A stretch of DNA of 64,000 bases, from the NCBI GenBank assembly GCA_963756835.1, contig CAVWPE010000001.1, positions 128,094-192,093 of the forward strand, given 5' to 3'. Under the pieces are notes generated by a model, which ran no database searches, had not been told where the DNA came from, and saw only the letters and a list, made by a program, of their open reading frames with translations. Origin of the DNA: an uncultured Thermoleophilia bacterium. Its GTDB lineage: Bacteria; Actinomycetota; Thermoleophilia; Gaiellales; Gaiellaceae. The translations under genes and the position numbers were made by a program. Below are positions 10,023 to 19,558 of this stretch, one piece after another; position 1 is the first letter of the stretch, and every line of letters starts with the position of its first letter.

Positions 10023-10205
10023 TTAGACGGATGTGGCGACGACGAGGGCCGCTTTCGGTCGGGGCACGAGCCTGGGCTGCCGTGGCGGCTGCAACCTGCC
10101 GCCTGCCGCGACCGCGCGGAAGGTCGGACAGGGGGTCTCTCCCGGCAGGGCACAGAGACCTTCCCTGCGAAAGTAGCAGTCGTCGCACGTAGCTTTGGTC
10201 GGCAT
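10023..10205 (-). CDS. 60-aa Cys-rich protein (CxxC-x7-C-x7-C)
   Basis: MPTKATCDDCYFRREGLCALPGETPCPTFR...; AGGGGA SD and its own promoter. Confidence 0.65.
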   Translation of the reverse strand: MPTKATCDDCYFRREGLCALPGETPCPTFRAVAAGGRLQPPRQPRLVPRPKAALVVATSV

Positions 10206-10252
10206 CTGAAGTATCCCCTGTCGTCGATCTCGTCCCGTTCGGGACAGGGGCC

Positions 10253-10281
10253 ATTGTGGCCAACAGGTATCGGTCTCGCAA
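10253..10281 (-). promoter_or_regulatory. Sigma70-type promoter of the Cys-rich/LapA genes
   Basis: Minus strand TTGCGA-N17-CACAAT. Confidence 0.55.
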
Positions 10282-10348
10282 GAGGCCGGGCTCCGAAAGT
10301 CCCGCAATTAGCGGGTGTTGCCCTCAGCGGCAAAGTCCTGCAAAGAGG

Positions 10349-11365
10349 CTACTTTGCCGCCTGGGTTGCTAGGGCGGACAACGCCTGTTGAAAACTCGTC
10401 ACGGGGATGATGCGAAGGTTCCCTGCATAGCGCCGTGCCTCGGCCGCGTTTTCCCCAGCCGGGACGAGAAAGACGTCCGCACCGGCTCTGCGGGCGCCGT
10501 ACGTCTTCTGCTTCACGCCGCCGATCGGGCCGACGCTGCCGTCGAGGCCGATCTCTCCGGTCGCGACGACCCGCTGCCCGTGGTCGACGTTCGTTCCGAG
10601 CTCCTGGAGGACGTCGAGCGCGAACGGCAGCCCGGCCGAAGGCCCACCGACGGCACCGAGGTTGATGTCGACCTTTACCGGGAGCTTGATGTCCGCGTCT
10701 TGCGAAACCCGGATTCCGATGATCGCCTTTCCCTTCTCTGCCGGCGACTCGACAGTCCGGACGGTCATGGTCTTCACAGCACGCTCGCGCTTCACACGCA
10801 ACGAGACCTCGTCACCGGGGTGGACGTCCGCGAATGCCTCGCGCAGCGCAATCGGGGTGAGCACCTTCGTCTCACCGACGCCCACGATGACATCCCCCGA
10901 GCGGAGGATCTTCGCCGCCGGGACGTCGGGAGCGACGCCGTCGACGACTGCGCCACGAGGTGTCGCCGTGACCCGATACCCGGCCTGCTTCAGGGCGACC
11001 GCCGCGGCCGTCCGCTCCGATCGTGCCATCTCGCGGAGCCCCTCCTGCCGGCGATCCTCGAAGGACGAGCCTTCCGGCACCACTTCCCGCTCCGGAACGA
11101 GCGTCGCGCCGTCGGGCCGGACGAACGGTACGAGAGACTCGATCCACGTGGCCGGGCGGACGTTGACGTCCACGTAGTAGATCGCGCCGCCCTCCTCGCC
11201 ACCGGAACGTTGCCCGCCCGCCACCGTCACCTTGTCGCCGACGGGCGTCGCCGTGTTCGGGACGTAGAGATAGTCGTGCGAGGGGGCGAACCACACGAAT
11301 GCGAGTGCCGCCGCAGCCACGGTCGCAACGCTCCAGAGGAGCAGCGTGAGCCGGTTGCGGGTCAC
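10349..11365 (-). CDS. PDZ plus Lon (S16) protease domain membrane protein (YlbL/SdrC-like)
   Basis: N-terminal TM, PDZ (PAAKILRSGDVI), GGPSAGL Ser, ATGEI, IGGVKQK Lys dyad. Confidence 0.9.
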   Translation of the reverse strand: MTRNRLTLLLWSVATVAAAALAFVWFAPSHDYLYVPNTATPVGDKVTVAGGQRSGGEEGGAIYYVDVNVRPATWIESLVPFVRPDGATLVPEREVVPEGSSFEDRRQEGLREMARSERTAAAVALKQAGYRVTATPRGAVVDGVAPDVPAAKILRSGDVIVGVGETKVLTPIALREAFADVHPGDEVSLRVKRERAVKTMTVRTVESPAEKGKAIIGIRVSQDADIKLPVKVDINLGAVGGPSAGLPFALDVLQELGTNVDHGQRVVATGEIGLDGSVGPIGGVKQKTYGARRAGADVFLVPAGENAAEARRYAGNLRIIPVTSFQQALSALATQAAK

Positions 11366-11367
11366 TT

Positions 11368-12114
11368 CTAGAGCAATCCGTTCAGCATGCCGCCGTCGAC
11401 CGGGACGACGGCACCGCTGATATAGGCGGCCCGCTCGGACGCGAGAAAGCATGCGGCTGCCGCAATCTCGGCCGGCGAGCCCACCCGGCGGGCCGGAATC
11501 TGAGAGAGCACCTCCGGCGGCGGGCCGCCTTCGCCGTAGAGCGCGTGAAGGCGCTCGGTGTCGATCCTGCCGGGAGCGATCGTATTGACGGTGATTCCCT
11601 CCGGTCCGAGCTCTCGTGCCAGCGTCTTCAGCCATCCGACGACACCAGGTCGGACCGCGTTCGAGAGCGCCAGGTTCGCAATCGGCTCCTTCACCGACGT
11701 CGACTCGATCGCCACGATGCGCCCGCTGCCGCCGCTCCGGAGATGTGGCAGGCAGAGCCCGACGAGGCGAACATGGGGGACGAGGAGGAGCTCGACCGCA
11801 GCCCTGACGTCGCCGGCCGTGACGGAGGCGGCCGGCCCGGGTGGTGGGCCGCCGCCGTTCAGCACCAGGATGTCGATGCCGCCGTAGGCTGCAAGCGTCT
11901 CCGTCACGAGCCGTTCGAGGTCGGCCTCGACCGTGAGGTCGCCTGCGATCCCCAGCGCGCCGATTCGCCGGGCTTCGCGCTCGACGACATCGGCGCGCCG
12001 GGCGAACATCGCCACGTTCGCGCCTTCGGCAGCGAGACCCTCGGAGATGGCGAGACCCATCCCCTGCGACGCGCCGAGCACGATTGCGGTTCGACCGCTG
12101 AGACCGAGATCCAT
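11368..12114 (-). CDS. SDR family oxidoreductase
   Basis: GASQGMG, DILVLNGGGPPPG, SNAVR, GITVNTIAPGRIDT, VDGG. Confidence 0.92.
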   Translation of the reverse strand: MDLGLSGRTAIVLGASQGMGLAISEGLAAEGANVAMFARRADVVEREARRIGALGIAGDLTVEADLERLVTETLAAYGGIDILVLNGGGPPPGPAASVTAGDVRAAVELLLVPHVRLVGLCLPHLRSGGSGRIVAIESTSVKEPIANLALSNAVRPGVVGWLKTLARELGPEGITVNTIAPGRIDTERLHALYGEGGPPPEVLSQIPARRVGSPAEIAAAACFLASERAAYISGAVVPVDGGMLNGLL

Positions 12115-12189
12115 CGGTCGGGAAGCGTACCCGGCGGGACTGTTCAGGATTCGCAAAGTCGCGGGCGCGTGGACGGCGCCCGCGGTCGC

Positions 12190-13116
12190 TCAGCGATTCT
12201 TCAGCACGCCGACCACCTCGCGCACCGCCGCGGCCGACGCCCTGAGCATCTTCTTCTCCTCGGCCGTGAGCCTGAGCTTGACGATCTCCTCGATCCCCGC
12301 GGCTCCGAGCTTCACCGGGACGCCCATGTAGAGCCCCTTCACGCCGTACTCGCCCTCCAGGAGCGCAGTGCAGGGAAGGACGCGCTTCTCGTCGAGACAG
12401 ATCGCATCGACCATCTGGGCCGCGGCCGCTCCCGGTGCGTACCACGCCGACGTGCCGAGGAGGTTCACCACCTCGCCTCCGCCCTTGCGCGTGCGGTCGA
12501 CCATCTTCGCGATCCGACCCTTCGGCGCAAGCTGCTCCAGAGGAACGCCGCCGACCGTCGTCGCGGAGACGACGGGAACCATCTGGTCACCGTGCCCTCC
12601 CATGACCATCGCCGTGACGTCCTTCACGGACATCCCGGTCTCCCACGCGATCGATGCGGCGAACCGTGCCGTGTCGAGGATCCCCGCCATCCCGACGACG
12701 CGCTCCTTCGGGAACTTCGACACCGCCTTTGCGACGTGACACATCGCGTCGAGCGGGTTCGAGACGACGACGATGATCGACCTCGGCGAGCGCTTGACGA
12801 TCTCCTTCGTCACCGATCCCACGATCGCCTCGTTCGTCGACACGAGATCGTCGCGACTCATACCGGGCTTGCGCGGAAGGCCCGCGGTGATGACGACGAC
12901 ATCCGAACCGGACGTCTCGTCGTACCCGTTCGATCCGACGATGTTCGGCTCGTACCCGAGCACCGATCCGGCCTGATTCATGTCGAGGGCCTTCCCCTGA
13001 GGGAAGTTCGGCTTGATGTCGACGAGGACGATGTCCGCGTAGTCGCGCCGGGCGAGCTCCTGGGCGCAGGTCGCGCCGACGTTGCCCGCCCCGACGACGG
13101 TGACTTTCTTTCTCAC
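12190..13116 (-). CDS. mdh: Malate dehydrogenase (LDH-like)
   Basis: VVGAGNVG, ITAGLPRKPGMSRDDL, SNPLD, LDTARF, GGHGD. Confidence 0.96.
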   Translation of the reverse strand: MRKKVTVVGAGNVGATCAQELARRDYADIVLVDIKPNFPQGKALDMNQAGSVLGYEPNIVGSNGYDETSGSDVVVITAGLPRKPGMSRDDLVSTNEAIVGSVTKEIVKRSPRSIIVVVSNPLDAMCHVAKAVSKFPKERVVGMAGILDTARFAASIAWETGMSVKDVTAMVMGGHGDQMVPVVSATTVGGVPLEQLAPKGRIAKMVDRTRKGGGEVVNLLGTSAWYAPGAAAAQMVDAICLDEKRVLPCTALLEGEYGVKGLYMGVPVKLGAAGIEEIVKLRLTAEEKKMLRASAAAVREVVGVLKNR

Positions 13117-13292
13117 TGGATCGCTCCTTGGTGTGTGGACGCCACCCTGGGCGGCGAAATCTCTTCGTGGGCCTCAAGGGGGCCGTATCGGTCGCGGCCC
13201 CTGTCGCGCATGTCCTGAGCATAGTCACCGGCAGACGGAGACCTCTCAGGTAGCGTCCGAGCTGTCCTTTTCCAGGCGGACCGAGGAGACAG

Positions 13293-14375
13293 ATGACCGA
13301 GTTCAAGCCAGGCCTCGAGGGAGTTGTCGCATTCGAGACGGAGATCGCCGAGCCGGATCGCGACGGCGGCGCGCTTCGCTACCGCGGCGTCGACATCGAA
13401 GATCTCGTCGGGGTGGTTCCATTCGAGAAGGTCTGGGGCCTCCTCGTCGACAACGAGCCCGAGCCCGGGCTCGGCCGCGCGAGCCGCTTCGTCGCCGCGA
13501 ATCTCACCGGAAACGCACCCGCCGACCTGCAGTCGCAGACCGCCGGGCTCTCCGGCACCTGGGACCTGGGCCAGCTGATCGACATCTCCGACGAGGAGGC
13601 GCACGGTGACCTCGCGCGACTTTCGGCGACGATGATTTCGATCGTGGCGCAATCTGCCCGTCACGCGGATGGGTTCACGACGGCGATCGCGCCCGAGCTC
13701 GTCGAGAGCGGGACATCCGCAGCCGAGCGGTTCCTTCTCGAGTGGCGCGGCGAAGCCGATCCGCGGCACGTGCAGGCGATCGACACCTACTGGATCTGCA
13801 CTGCCGAGCACGGGCTCAACGCCTCGACCTTCACCGCTCGTATCGTCGCCTCCACCGGCGCCGACTGCGGCGCCGCCCTCTCCTCGGCGGTGGGCGCACT
13901 GTCGGGGCCGCTTCACGGTGGCGCGCCGGCGCGCGTCCTGCCGATGCTCGACGGGGCGGCCGCGGCCGGGTCGATCGAGCAGTACGTCAAGGATCTCCTC
14001 GACGCGGGAGATCGGCTGATGGGATTCGGCCATCGTGTCTACCGGGCCGAGGACCCGCGGGCGCGCCTCTTGCGCGGTACGGCGAAGGCGCTCGGCTCGC
14101 CGCGCTACGACGTCGCAGAGGAGCTCGAGCGCGCCGCGCTCGCCGAGCTGCACGCGCGCAAGCCCGACCGGGTGCTGGCGACGAACGTCGAGTTCTGGTC
14201 GGCCGTCGTTCTCGACGTCGCCGACATCCCGCCGAAGCTCGCACCCGCGATGTTCGCCTGCTCTCGTACTGCCGGCTGGTCGGCGCACGTCCTCGAGCAG
14301 AAGCGGCTCGGGCGCCTCGTGCGGCCGTCGGCGACGTACGTCGGCCCCGGCCCTCGACCGCTGCCGTCTGCCTAG
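13293..14375 (+). CDS. citA: Citrate synthase 2 (CitA type)
   Basis: GLEGVVA, EHGLNASTF, GPLHGGA, MGFGHRVY, NVEFW. Confidence 0.92.
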   Translation: MTEFKPGLEGVVAFETEIAEPDRDGGALRYRGVDIEDLVGVVPFEKVWGLLVDNEPEPGLGRASRFVAANLTGNAPADLQSQTAGLSGTWDLGQLIDISDEEAHGDLARLSATMISIVAQSARHADGFTTAIAPELVESGTSAAERFLLEWRGEADPRHVQAIDTYWICTAEHGLNASTFTARIVASTGADCGAALSSAVGALSGPLHGGAPARVLPMLDGAAAAGSIEQYVKDLLDAGDRLMGFGHRVYRAEDPRARLLRGTAKALGSPRYDVAEELERAALAELHARKPDRVLATNVEFWSAVVLDVADIPPKLAPAMFACSRTAGWSAHVLEQKRLGRLVRPSATYVGPGPRPLPSA

Positions 14376-14881
14376 TGGATCTCTCGCAGGCCGCCGCGCT
14401 CGCCGACGAATACGCAAGAGGCGGGCTCGAGCGCGAGCTCGCTGCGTTGCGTGGCGAGTGGAGCGACGAGCTCGAGGCAGCGGCCCGGAGCCCCGACTAC
14501 CGGGTTCGAGCGACCGCCTACCGGGCGATCGCACAGTTTCGCTTCCGGCAGAAGATCGAGCTGCTCCGCCGCGGCTTCGAGGACGAGAGCCCGGCCGTTC
14601 GGGGCTCGGCGCTGATTGCGCTCGAGGGTCTCTCGCGCACGCACCCGGGTGACGTCAACTCCTTCCGGCCGCTCCTGCACGATCTCGCGACGCGCGACGA
14701 CAACGTGGCGGTGCGGCGCCTCGCGATCGTCTGCTTCAAGAACGGTACGCCCGCGCGCGAGACGATCGTCATCCTCGACGGGATCGCCGCCGACGACGAG
14801 ACGGATCCCGAGGTGAGCAAGACCGCGCGGTCGGTGTCGCTGCTGCTCGTCAAGAAATCGAACCGGAAGGCCGGCACGTGA
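14375..14881 (+). CDS. HEAT-repeat protein
   Basis: Repeated DYRVRATA / ESPAVRGSA / DNVAVRRLA helices; coupled to both neighbours. Confidence 0.75.
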   Translation: MDLSQAAALADEYARGGLERELAALRGEWSDELEAAARSPDYRVRATAYRAIAQFRFRQKIELLRRGFEDESPAVRGSALIALEGLSRTHPGDVNSFRPLLHDLATRDDNVAVRRLAIVCFKNGTPARETIVILDGIAADDETDPEVSKTARSVSLLLVKKSNRKAGT

Positions 14882-15372
14882 CCGGCTCACCGCTCGTCGG
14901 GCTGATCATGGGCTCGCGTACCGACTGGGAGACGATGCACCACTCCGCGGAGACGCTCGACGCTCTTGCGATCCCCTTCGAGCAGCGTGTCGTCTCGGCG
15001 CACCGCACACCCGATCTCCTGTTCGACTACGCCTCGTCCGCGGAGGAACGAGGGCTCCGCGTCCTCATCGCTGGCGCCGGGGGAGCGGCCCACCTGCCGG
15101 GGATGGCCGCAGCGAAGACGACGCTGCCGGTGCTGGGCGTTCCCGTCGAGTCGAAGACGCTCAAGGGGATGGACTCGCTCCTCTCGATCGTGCAGATGCC
15201 GGCCGGCGTGCCGGTGGGAACGCTCGCGATCGGCCGCGCCGGCGCGATCAACGCCGCGTTGCTCGCGGCGGCGATCCTTGCCCTCGATGACGCCGGTATC
15301 CACGAGCGGCTCGCACGGTACCGCGCGGCGCAGACGCATTCGGTGCTCGACGGCCCCGACCCCGCGACCTGA
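14878..15372 (+). CDS. purE: N5-CAIR mutase
   Basis: [38 protein letters not shown]. Confidence 0.97.
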   Translation: MTGSPLVGLIMGSRTDWETMHHSAETLDALAIPFEQRVVSAHRTPDLLFDYASSAEERGLRVLIAGAGGAAHLPGMAAAKTTLPVLGVPVESKTLKGMDSLLSIVQMPAGVPVGTLAIGRAGAINAALLAAAILALDDAGIHERLARYRAAQTHSVLDGPDPAT

Positions 15373-15404
15373 GGGACTGTCATGTCGAAACGGCGCAACG
15401 GGAC

Positions 15405-16430
15405 GTGGCGGTGACGCTCGTCGGATGCATCGGCGGCGGCCAGCTGGGGCGGATGCTCGGGCTCGCAGGGCTGCCGCTCGGGCTCGACTTCAGGTTTCTC
15501 GATCCGTCGCCCGACGCCCCTGCCGCCTCGGTGGGCGAGCTCGTCGTCGCTGCGTTCGACGATGCGGCTGCGCTCGACCGCCTGTCGGCCGGAGCGGATG
15601 TCGTGACGTACGAATTCGAGAACGTCGCCGTCGGCTCGGCCGCTCGGCTCGGAGCGCTTCCGCCCTCGCGGGCCCTCGAGCTGGGTCAGGATCGACTCGT
15701 CGAGAAGGAGCTCTTCCGCCGGCTCGGGATCCCGAGCGCACGGTTCGGCTCGGTCGACGACGTGGGCCTACCGGCGATCGTGAAGTCGCGCCGCCTCGGC
15801 TACGACGGCAAGGGGCAGCGACGGGTCGACGCACCGGAGTCGATCGGCGAGGACGAGCTTGCCGAGGAGCTCGTCCCGTTCGACCGAGAGCTCTCGATCC
15901 TCGGCGTGCGAGGTCGGGACGGCGAGACTCGCTTCTGGCCGGTCGCCGAGAACGCCCATCGAGACGGGATCCTGCGGGTCTCGCGGGCGCCGGCGCCCGA
16001 TGCCGCGCAGCAGGCTGCCGAGGAGCTCGCGGGCCGTTTGCTCGACGACCTCGGATACGTCGGCGTGCTCGCGCTCGAGCTCTTCGAGGTCGATGGCGCG
16101 CTGCTCGCGAACGAGTTTGCTCCGCGCGTGCACAACACCGGACACTGGACGATCGAGGGTGCGGTGACGAGCCAGTTCGAGAACCACCTCCGTGCGATTC
16201 TCGGCCTACCGCTCGGATCGACCGACGCAGTTGCGCCGTCGGTGATGATCAACCTGATCGGAGGCGCTCCCCCGACAGCGGCGCTCCTTCGCCTCCCTGG
16301 TGTGCACGTCCACCTCTATGGCAAGACGCCGAGGGAGGGCCGCAAGATCGGACACGTCACGCTGGTCGGTGCCGAGGAGGATACGGTCGCGCACGCGATC
16401 GAGTTGGTGGGCGCTGCCGCTGCCGGGTAG
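15405..16430 (+). CDS. purK: N5-CAIR synthase
   Basis: IGGGQLGRML, TYEFENV, GYDGKGQ, NEFAPRVHNTGHW, SQFENH, RKIGHVT. Confidence 0.96.
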   Translation: MAVTLVGCIGGGQLGRMLGLAGLPLGLDFRFLDPSPDAPAASVGELVVAAFDDAAALDRLSAGADVVTYEFENVAVGSAARLGALPPSRALELGQDRLVEKELFRRLGIPSARFGSVDDVGLPAIVKSRRLGYDGKGQRRVDAPESIGEDELAEELVPFDRELSILGVRGRDGETRFWPVAENAHRDGILRVSRAPAPDAAQQAAEELAGRLLDDLGYVGVLALELFEVDGALLANEFAPRVHNTGHWTIEGAVTSQFENHLRAILGLPLGSTDAVAPSVMINLIGGAPPTAALLRLPGVHVHLYGKTPREGRKIGHVTLVGAEEDTVAHAIELVGAAAAG

Positions 16431-16445
16431 CGCGGCGACGAGACG

Positions 16446-17360
16446 TCAGCTCGGCCCTTTCGACCGGTGCGCGTGCGGGTGGGCCGCGAAGTAGGTCTCG
16501 CGCCGCCGGCGGTCGGAGACGTGGGTGTAGCGCTCGGTCGTCGAGAGGTCGGCGTGCCCGAGCATCTCCTGTACGGAGCGGAGGTCGGCTCCACCCTCGA
16601 GCAGGTGGGTCGCGAACGAGTGCCGTAGCAGATGCGGGTGCACGCGCTCGGGCTCGAGACCGGCCTTTGCCGCCAGCTTGCGCAGGATCAGAAACGCACC
16701 GGCGCGGGTGAGCGCGCCGCCGCGGGCGTTCAGGAAGAGATCCGGGCGATAGCGCCGGTCGAGATGCGGCCTGCCGAGCGCGAGGTAGCGACGCACGGAT
16801 TCTGCAGCCGGACGGCCGAGAGGCACGATTCGCTCCTTGTCGCCCTTCCCGAGCACGCGCACGATCCGTGCGTCGATGTCGACGGACGTGCGGGCGAGAC
16901 CGACGGTCTCGGAGACCCGCAGGCCGGCGCTGTACATGAGCTCGACGAGCGCGCGGTCGCGCAGCGATCGTGGAGTCGTTCCGTTCGCCGCCTCGATCAG
17001 GCGCTCCGACTCCGACGGCGAGAGGGTGCGCGGGAGCTTGCTCGTCCGTCGAGGTATCGCCACCTCGGCGGCCGGATTGTCGGTGCGCCTGCCGAGCAGG
17101 AGTTGGTGGCGGAAGTACGACCGCACCGCTGCGACGCGACGCCCGATCGTCGACGACGCGAGCCCCGCCGCGCGCATCTCTGCCACCCACCGATCGAGGT
17201 CGTCCGTCGTGGCACCGTCGATCGGCCCACCGAGGAAGACCCCTGCGGCGGCGAGGTCGCGGCCGTACGCGTCCACGGTGCGGGGTGACCGCTGCGCCGC
17301 GAGGAGCAGGAGATAACGCTCTACCTCGGGGTCGGATCTCTGCTCGGTGGGCTTCCTCAT
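16446..17360 (-). CDS. xerD: XerD-like tyrosine recombinase
   Basis: [72 protein letters not shown]. Confidence 0.85.
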   Translation of the reverse strand: MRKPTEQRSDPEVERYLLLLAAQRSPRTVDAYGRDLAAAGVFLGGPIDGATTDDLDRWVAEMRAAGLASSTIGRRVAAVRSYFRHQLLLGRRTDNPAAEVAIPRRTSKLPRTLSPSESERLIEAANGTTPRSLRDRALVELMYSAGLRVSETVGLARTSVDIDARIVRVLGKGDKERIVPLGRPAAESVRRYLALGRPHLDRRYRPDLFLNARGGALTRAGAFLILRKLAAKAGLEPERVHPHLLRHSFATHLLEGGADLRSVQEMLGHADLSTTERYTHVSDRRRRETYFAAHPHAHRSKGPS

Positions 17361-17409
17361 GCGGCTGGACCCGATTCGGCGTGGCGGCGGCGGCTCCTGC
17401 GCACGGGGC

Positions 17410-18243
17410 TCACGAGCGGGGATGGCTCGCGTCGTAGATGCGGCGCAGCCTGCGTGCGTCGACGTGACTGTAGATCTGCGTCGTCGACAGCGATGCGTGC
17501 CCGAGCAGCTCCTGGATCGTGCGAAGGTCGGCTCCGCCCTCGAGAAGATGCGTCGCATAGGCGTGTCGCAGTCGGTGCGGGTTCTGCATCAGCCGGCGCA
17601 GCGTCGAGGTGTCGAGGCTGCGCCCACGCGCTGAGAGGAACAGGGCGTCGTTCGCGCCGCGCGCGAGTGCCGGGCGCCCGTCCCTCAGGTAGAGGGCGAC
17701 GGCGTACGCCGCGCGCTCGCCGAGCGGTACGACACGCTCCTTGTCACCCTTCCCGAGAACGTGCACGGTCTCCTGGTCGAAGTCGACGTCTGCGAGCCGG
17801 AGCGCAACAACCTCGGCACTTCGAAGCCCGCACGAATACGTGAGCTCGAGGAGTGCGCCGTTCCGGAGATCGAGCGGTTCGCCGCCCGAGACGGCCGCGA
17901 TCGTCGCCTCGACGTCGGCGAGCTTCGGCGCGTCCGGCAGCCTCCGCCGGCGGCGCGGCGGAAGCGCGATCTCGGGCACCCGTGCGGCACCGAGCGTGAA
18001 CCGCATGAAGGATCGCACGGCCGCAAGGCGACGAGCGATCGTCGCGGGCGCGAGGTTGCGGCGGCCACGTCCGAGCTCCGCCGTGTACTCCGCGAGCGCC
18101 TGCACGTCGACGTCCTCGACGGTGCGGCTCGACCGGTGCAACCAGAGGCTGAAGTCCCCGAGGTCGGAGGCGTAGGCGCGCCGGGTAGACTCGGAGAGCC
18201 CGGGGCTCGCGAGAAACCGATCGATCGACACGTTCACCTCCAC
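17410..18243 (-). CDS. XerC-like tyrosine recombinase (shorter)
   Basis: [66 protein letters not shown]; start codon uncertain. Confidence 0.85.
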   Translation of the reverse strand: MEVNVSIDRFLASPGLSESTRRAYASDLGDFSLWLHRSSRTVEDVDVQALAEYTAELGRGRRNLAPATIARRLAAVRSFMRFTLGAARVPEIALPPRRRRRLPDAPKLADVEATIAAVSGGEPLDLRNGALLELTYSCGLRSAEVVALRLADVDFDQETVHVLGKGDKERVVPLGERAAYAVALYLRDGRPALARGANDALFLSARGRSLDTSTLRRLMQNPHRLRHAYATHLLEGGADLRTIQELLGHASLSTTQIYSHVDARRLRRIYDASHPRS

Positions 18244-18281
18244 CCGGTCGGATTCGCGCTCAGCACCGTCCTGCCTGCCCG

Positions 18282-18893
18282 ATGCGATCGACCTTCTTCT
18301 TCGCAACCCTCCTCGTGGCAGTCGCCGTCGGTGCGCTCGTCTTCGTCCGCAACCCCCGGTATCACACCGCATCACCGGCGACCCGCGGCACGGTCACGCT
18401 CGTCGGCGATTCGCTCAACGTCGGGATCGAACCGTACGTCGGTCCTGCATTGCCCGGCTGGAAGGTCGTCACGAACGACCGTGTGGGACGGACGACGCCG
18501 GAAGGGATCGCCGAGCTCGAGGCAGGGCGGCCCACACTGTCGAACTACGTCGTCGTCAGTCTGGGCACGAACGACCCGCCCGGCGACATCAGCGGCTTCC
18601 GTCGCAACGTCGGACGAGTCCTTGCTCTCGTCGGCCCGAACCGGTGCGTCGTCTGGGCCACGATCTGGCGTGACGGTGCGCCGAACGTCGCGTTCAACAA
18701 CGTGCTGCGCGAGGCGGCCGACGCGAACCGGCGGCTCGCTCTCGTCGAATGGGCCGAGATGGTCGACAGTCACCCGGAGCTCCTGGCAGCGGACGGGCTG
18801 CACGGCAACGAGGACGGCTACCGCGAGCGGGCGCGTGCGATCGCCGCCGCCGCGAGGGACTGCGCGCCGGCGCAGTCGGTGAGCCAGGGATGA
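18282..18893 (+). CDS. Exported SGNH/GDSL hydrolase domain protein
   Basis: Signal/TM, VGDSL, SLGTND, DGLH. Confidence 0.85.
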   Translation: MRSTFFFATLLVAVAVGALVFVRNPRYHTASPATRGTVTLVGDSLNVGIEPYVGPALPGWKVVTNDRVGRTTPEGIAELEAGRPTLSNYVVVSLGTNDPPGDISGFRRNVGRVLALVGPNRCVVWATIWRDGAPNVAFNNVLREAADANRRLALVEWAEMVDSHPELLAADGLHGNEDGYRERARAIAAAARDCAPAQSVSQG

Positions 18894-19558
18894 CCCAGCC
18901 GATCCGCCTCGCGACCGGTGCGGAGATCCGCATCAGGAACGTGGCGGCGCCGCTCGCCGTCGTCCTCGTCAACGGCGGCTCCGCCCGTCCGGTCCCGGGA
19001 ACGTGGAGTGCGACGAGCGAGCTGCTCGTGGCCGAGCTCGCGCCGCGCTTCCGGGACCTCGTGTTCGCCGAGGTGCGCTACCGGGTCAAGTCGTGGCAGG
19101 AGCTCGACGCGTGCTTCGAGGATGCCGTCGCAGCGATCGATCTCGTCGACCGTCCAGCGCTGCTGGTCGGCTTCTCGATGGGAGGGGCGGTGTCGATCGG
19201 CGTTGCGGGGCACCGCCATGTCGTGGGCGTGCTCGGCCTCGCTCCCTGGATTCCCGACGAGCTTCCGCTGGACGGGCTCGCCGGCAAGCGACTGGACGTT
19301 CTCCACGGCTCGTGGGATCGCTATCTGCCGGGGATCCCCGGCGTCAGCCCCGCGAGCTCACGGCGGGGCTTCGATCGTGCCCGTGCGGCCGGAATCGAGG
19401 GGACGTACACATCGATCCCGCGTGGGCTTCACGGCGCGGCTCTCCGCCGGCGGTCGGGCGCGATCCTCCGGCTGCCCCGCTCGCGCGCTTGGGTCGACGG
19501 CGTCGGTGAGCGGCTCGCGCTCGTCGCCGGTCAGGCGAGCCTGCGGCGCTCGCGCTGA
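18890..19558 (+). CDS. Alpha/beta hydrolase
   Basis: GFSMGG nucleophile elbow, GLAPW, HGSWD. Confidence 0.8.
   Translation: MTQPIRLATGAEIRIRNVAAPLAVVLVNGGSARPVPGTWSATSELLVAELAPRFRDLVFAEVRYRVKSWQELDACFEDAVAAIDLVDRPALLVGFSMGGAVSIGVAGHRHVVGVLGLAPWIPDELPLDGLAGKRLDVLHGSWDRYLPGIPGVSPASSRRGFDRARAAGIEGTYTSIPRGLHGAALRRRSGAILRLPRSRAWVDGVGERLALVAGQASLRRSR

Noticed and set aside
10349-12445. 698-aa ORF as a single protein
   Set aside because: The N-terminal half is an off-frame overlap of the SDR and mdh genes; the real PDZ-Lon gene starts near 11365.
14185-14200. Citrate synthase catalytic Asp replaced by Glu (NVEFW)
   Set aside because: Typical of the actinobacterial CitA (citrate synthase 2) subfamily, so not novel.
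16446-18243. Prophage or integron integrases
   Set aside because: Xer-like sequences among housekeeping genes, with no att, attC or phage genes nearby.
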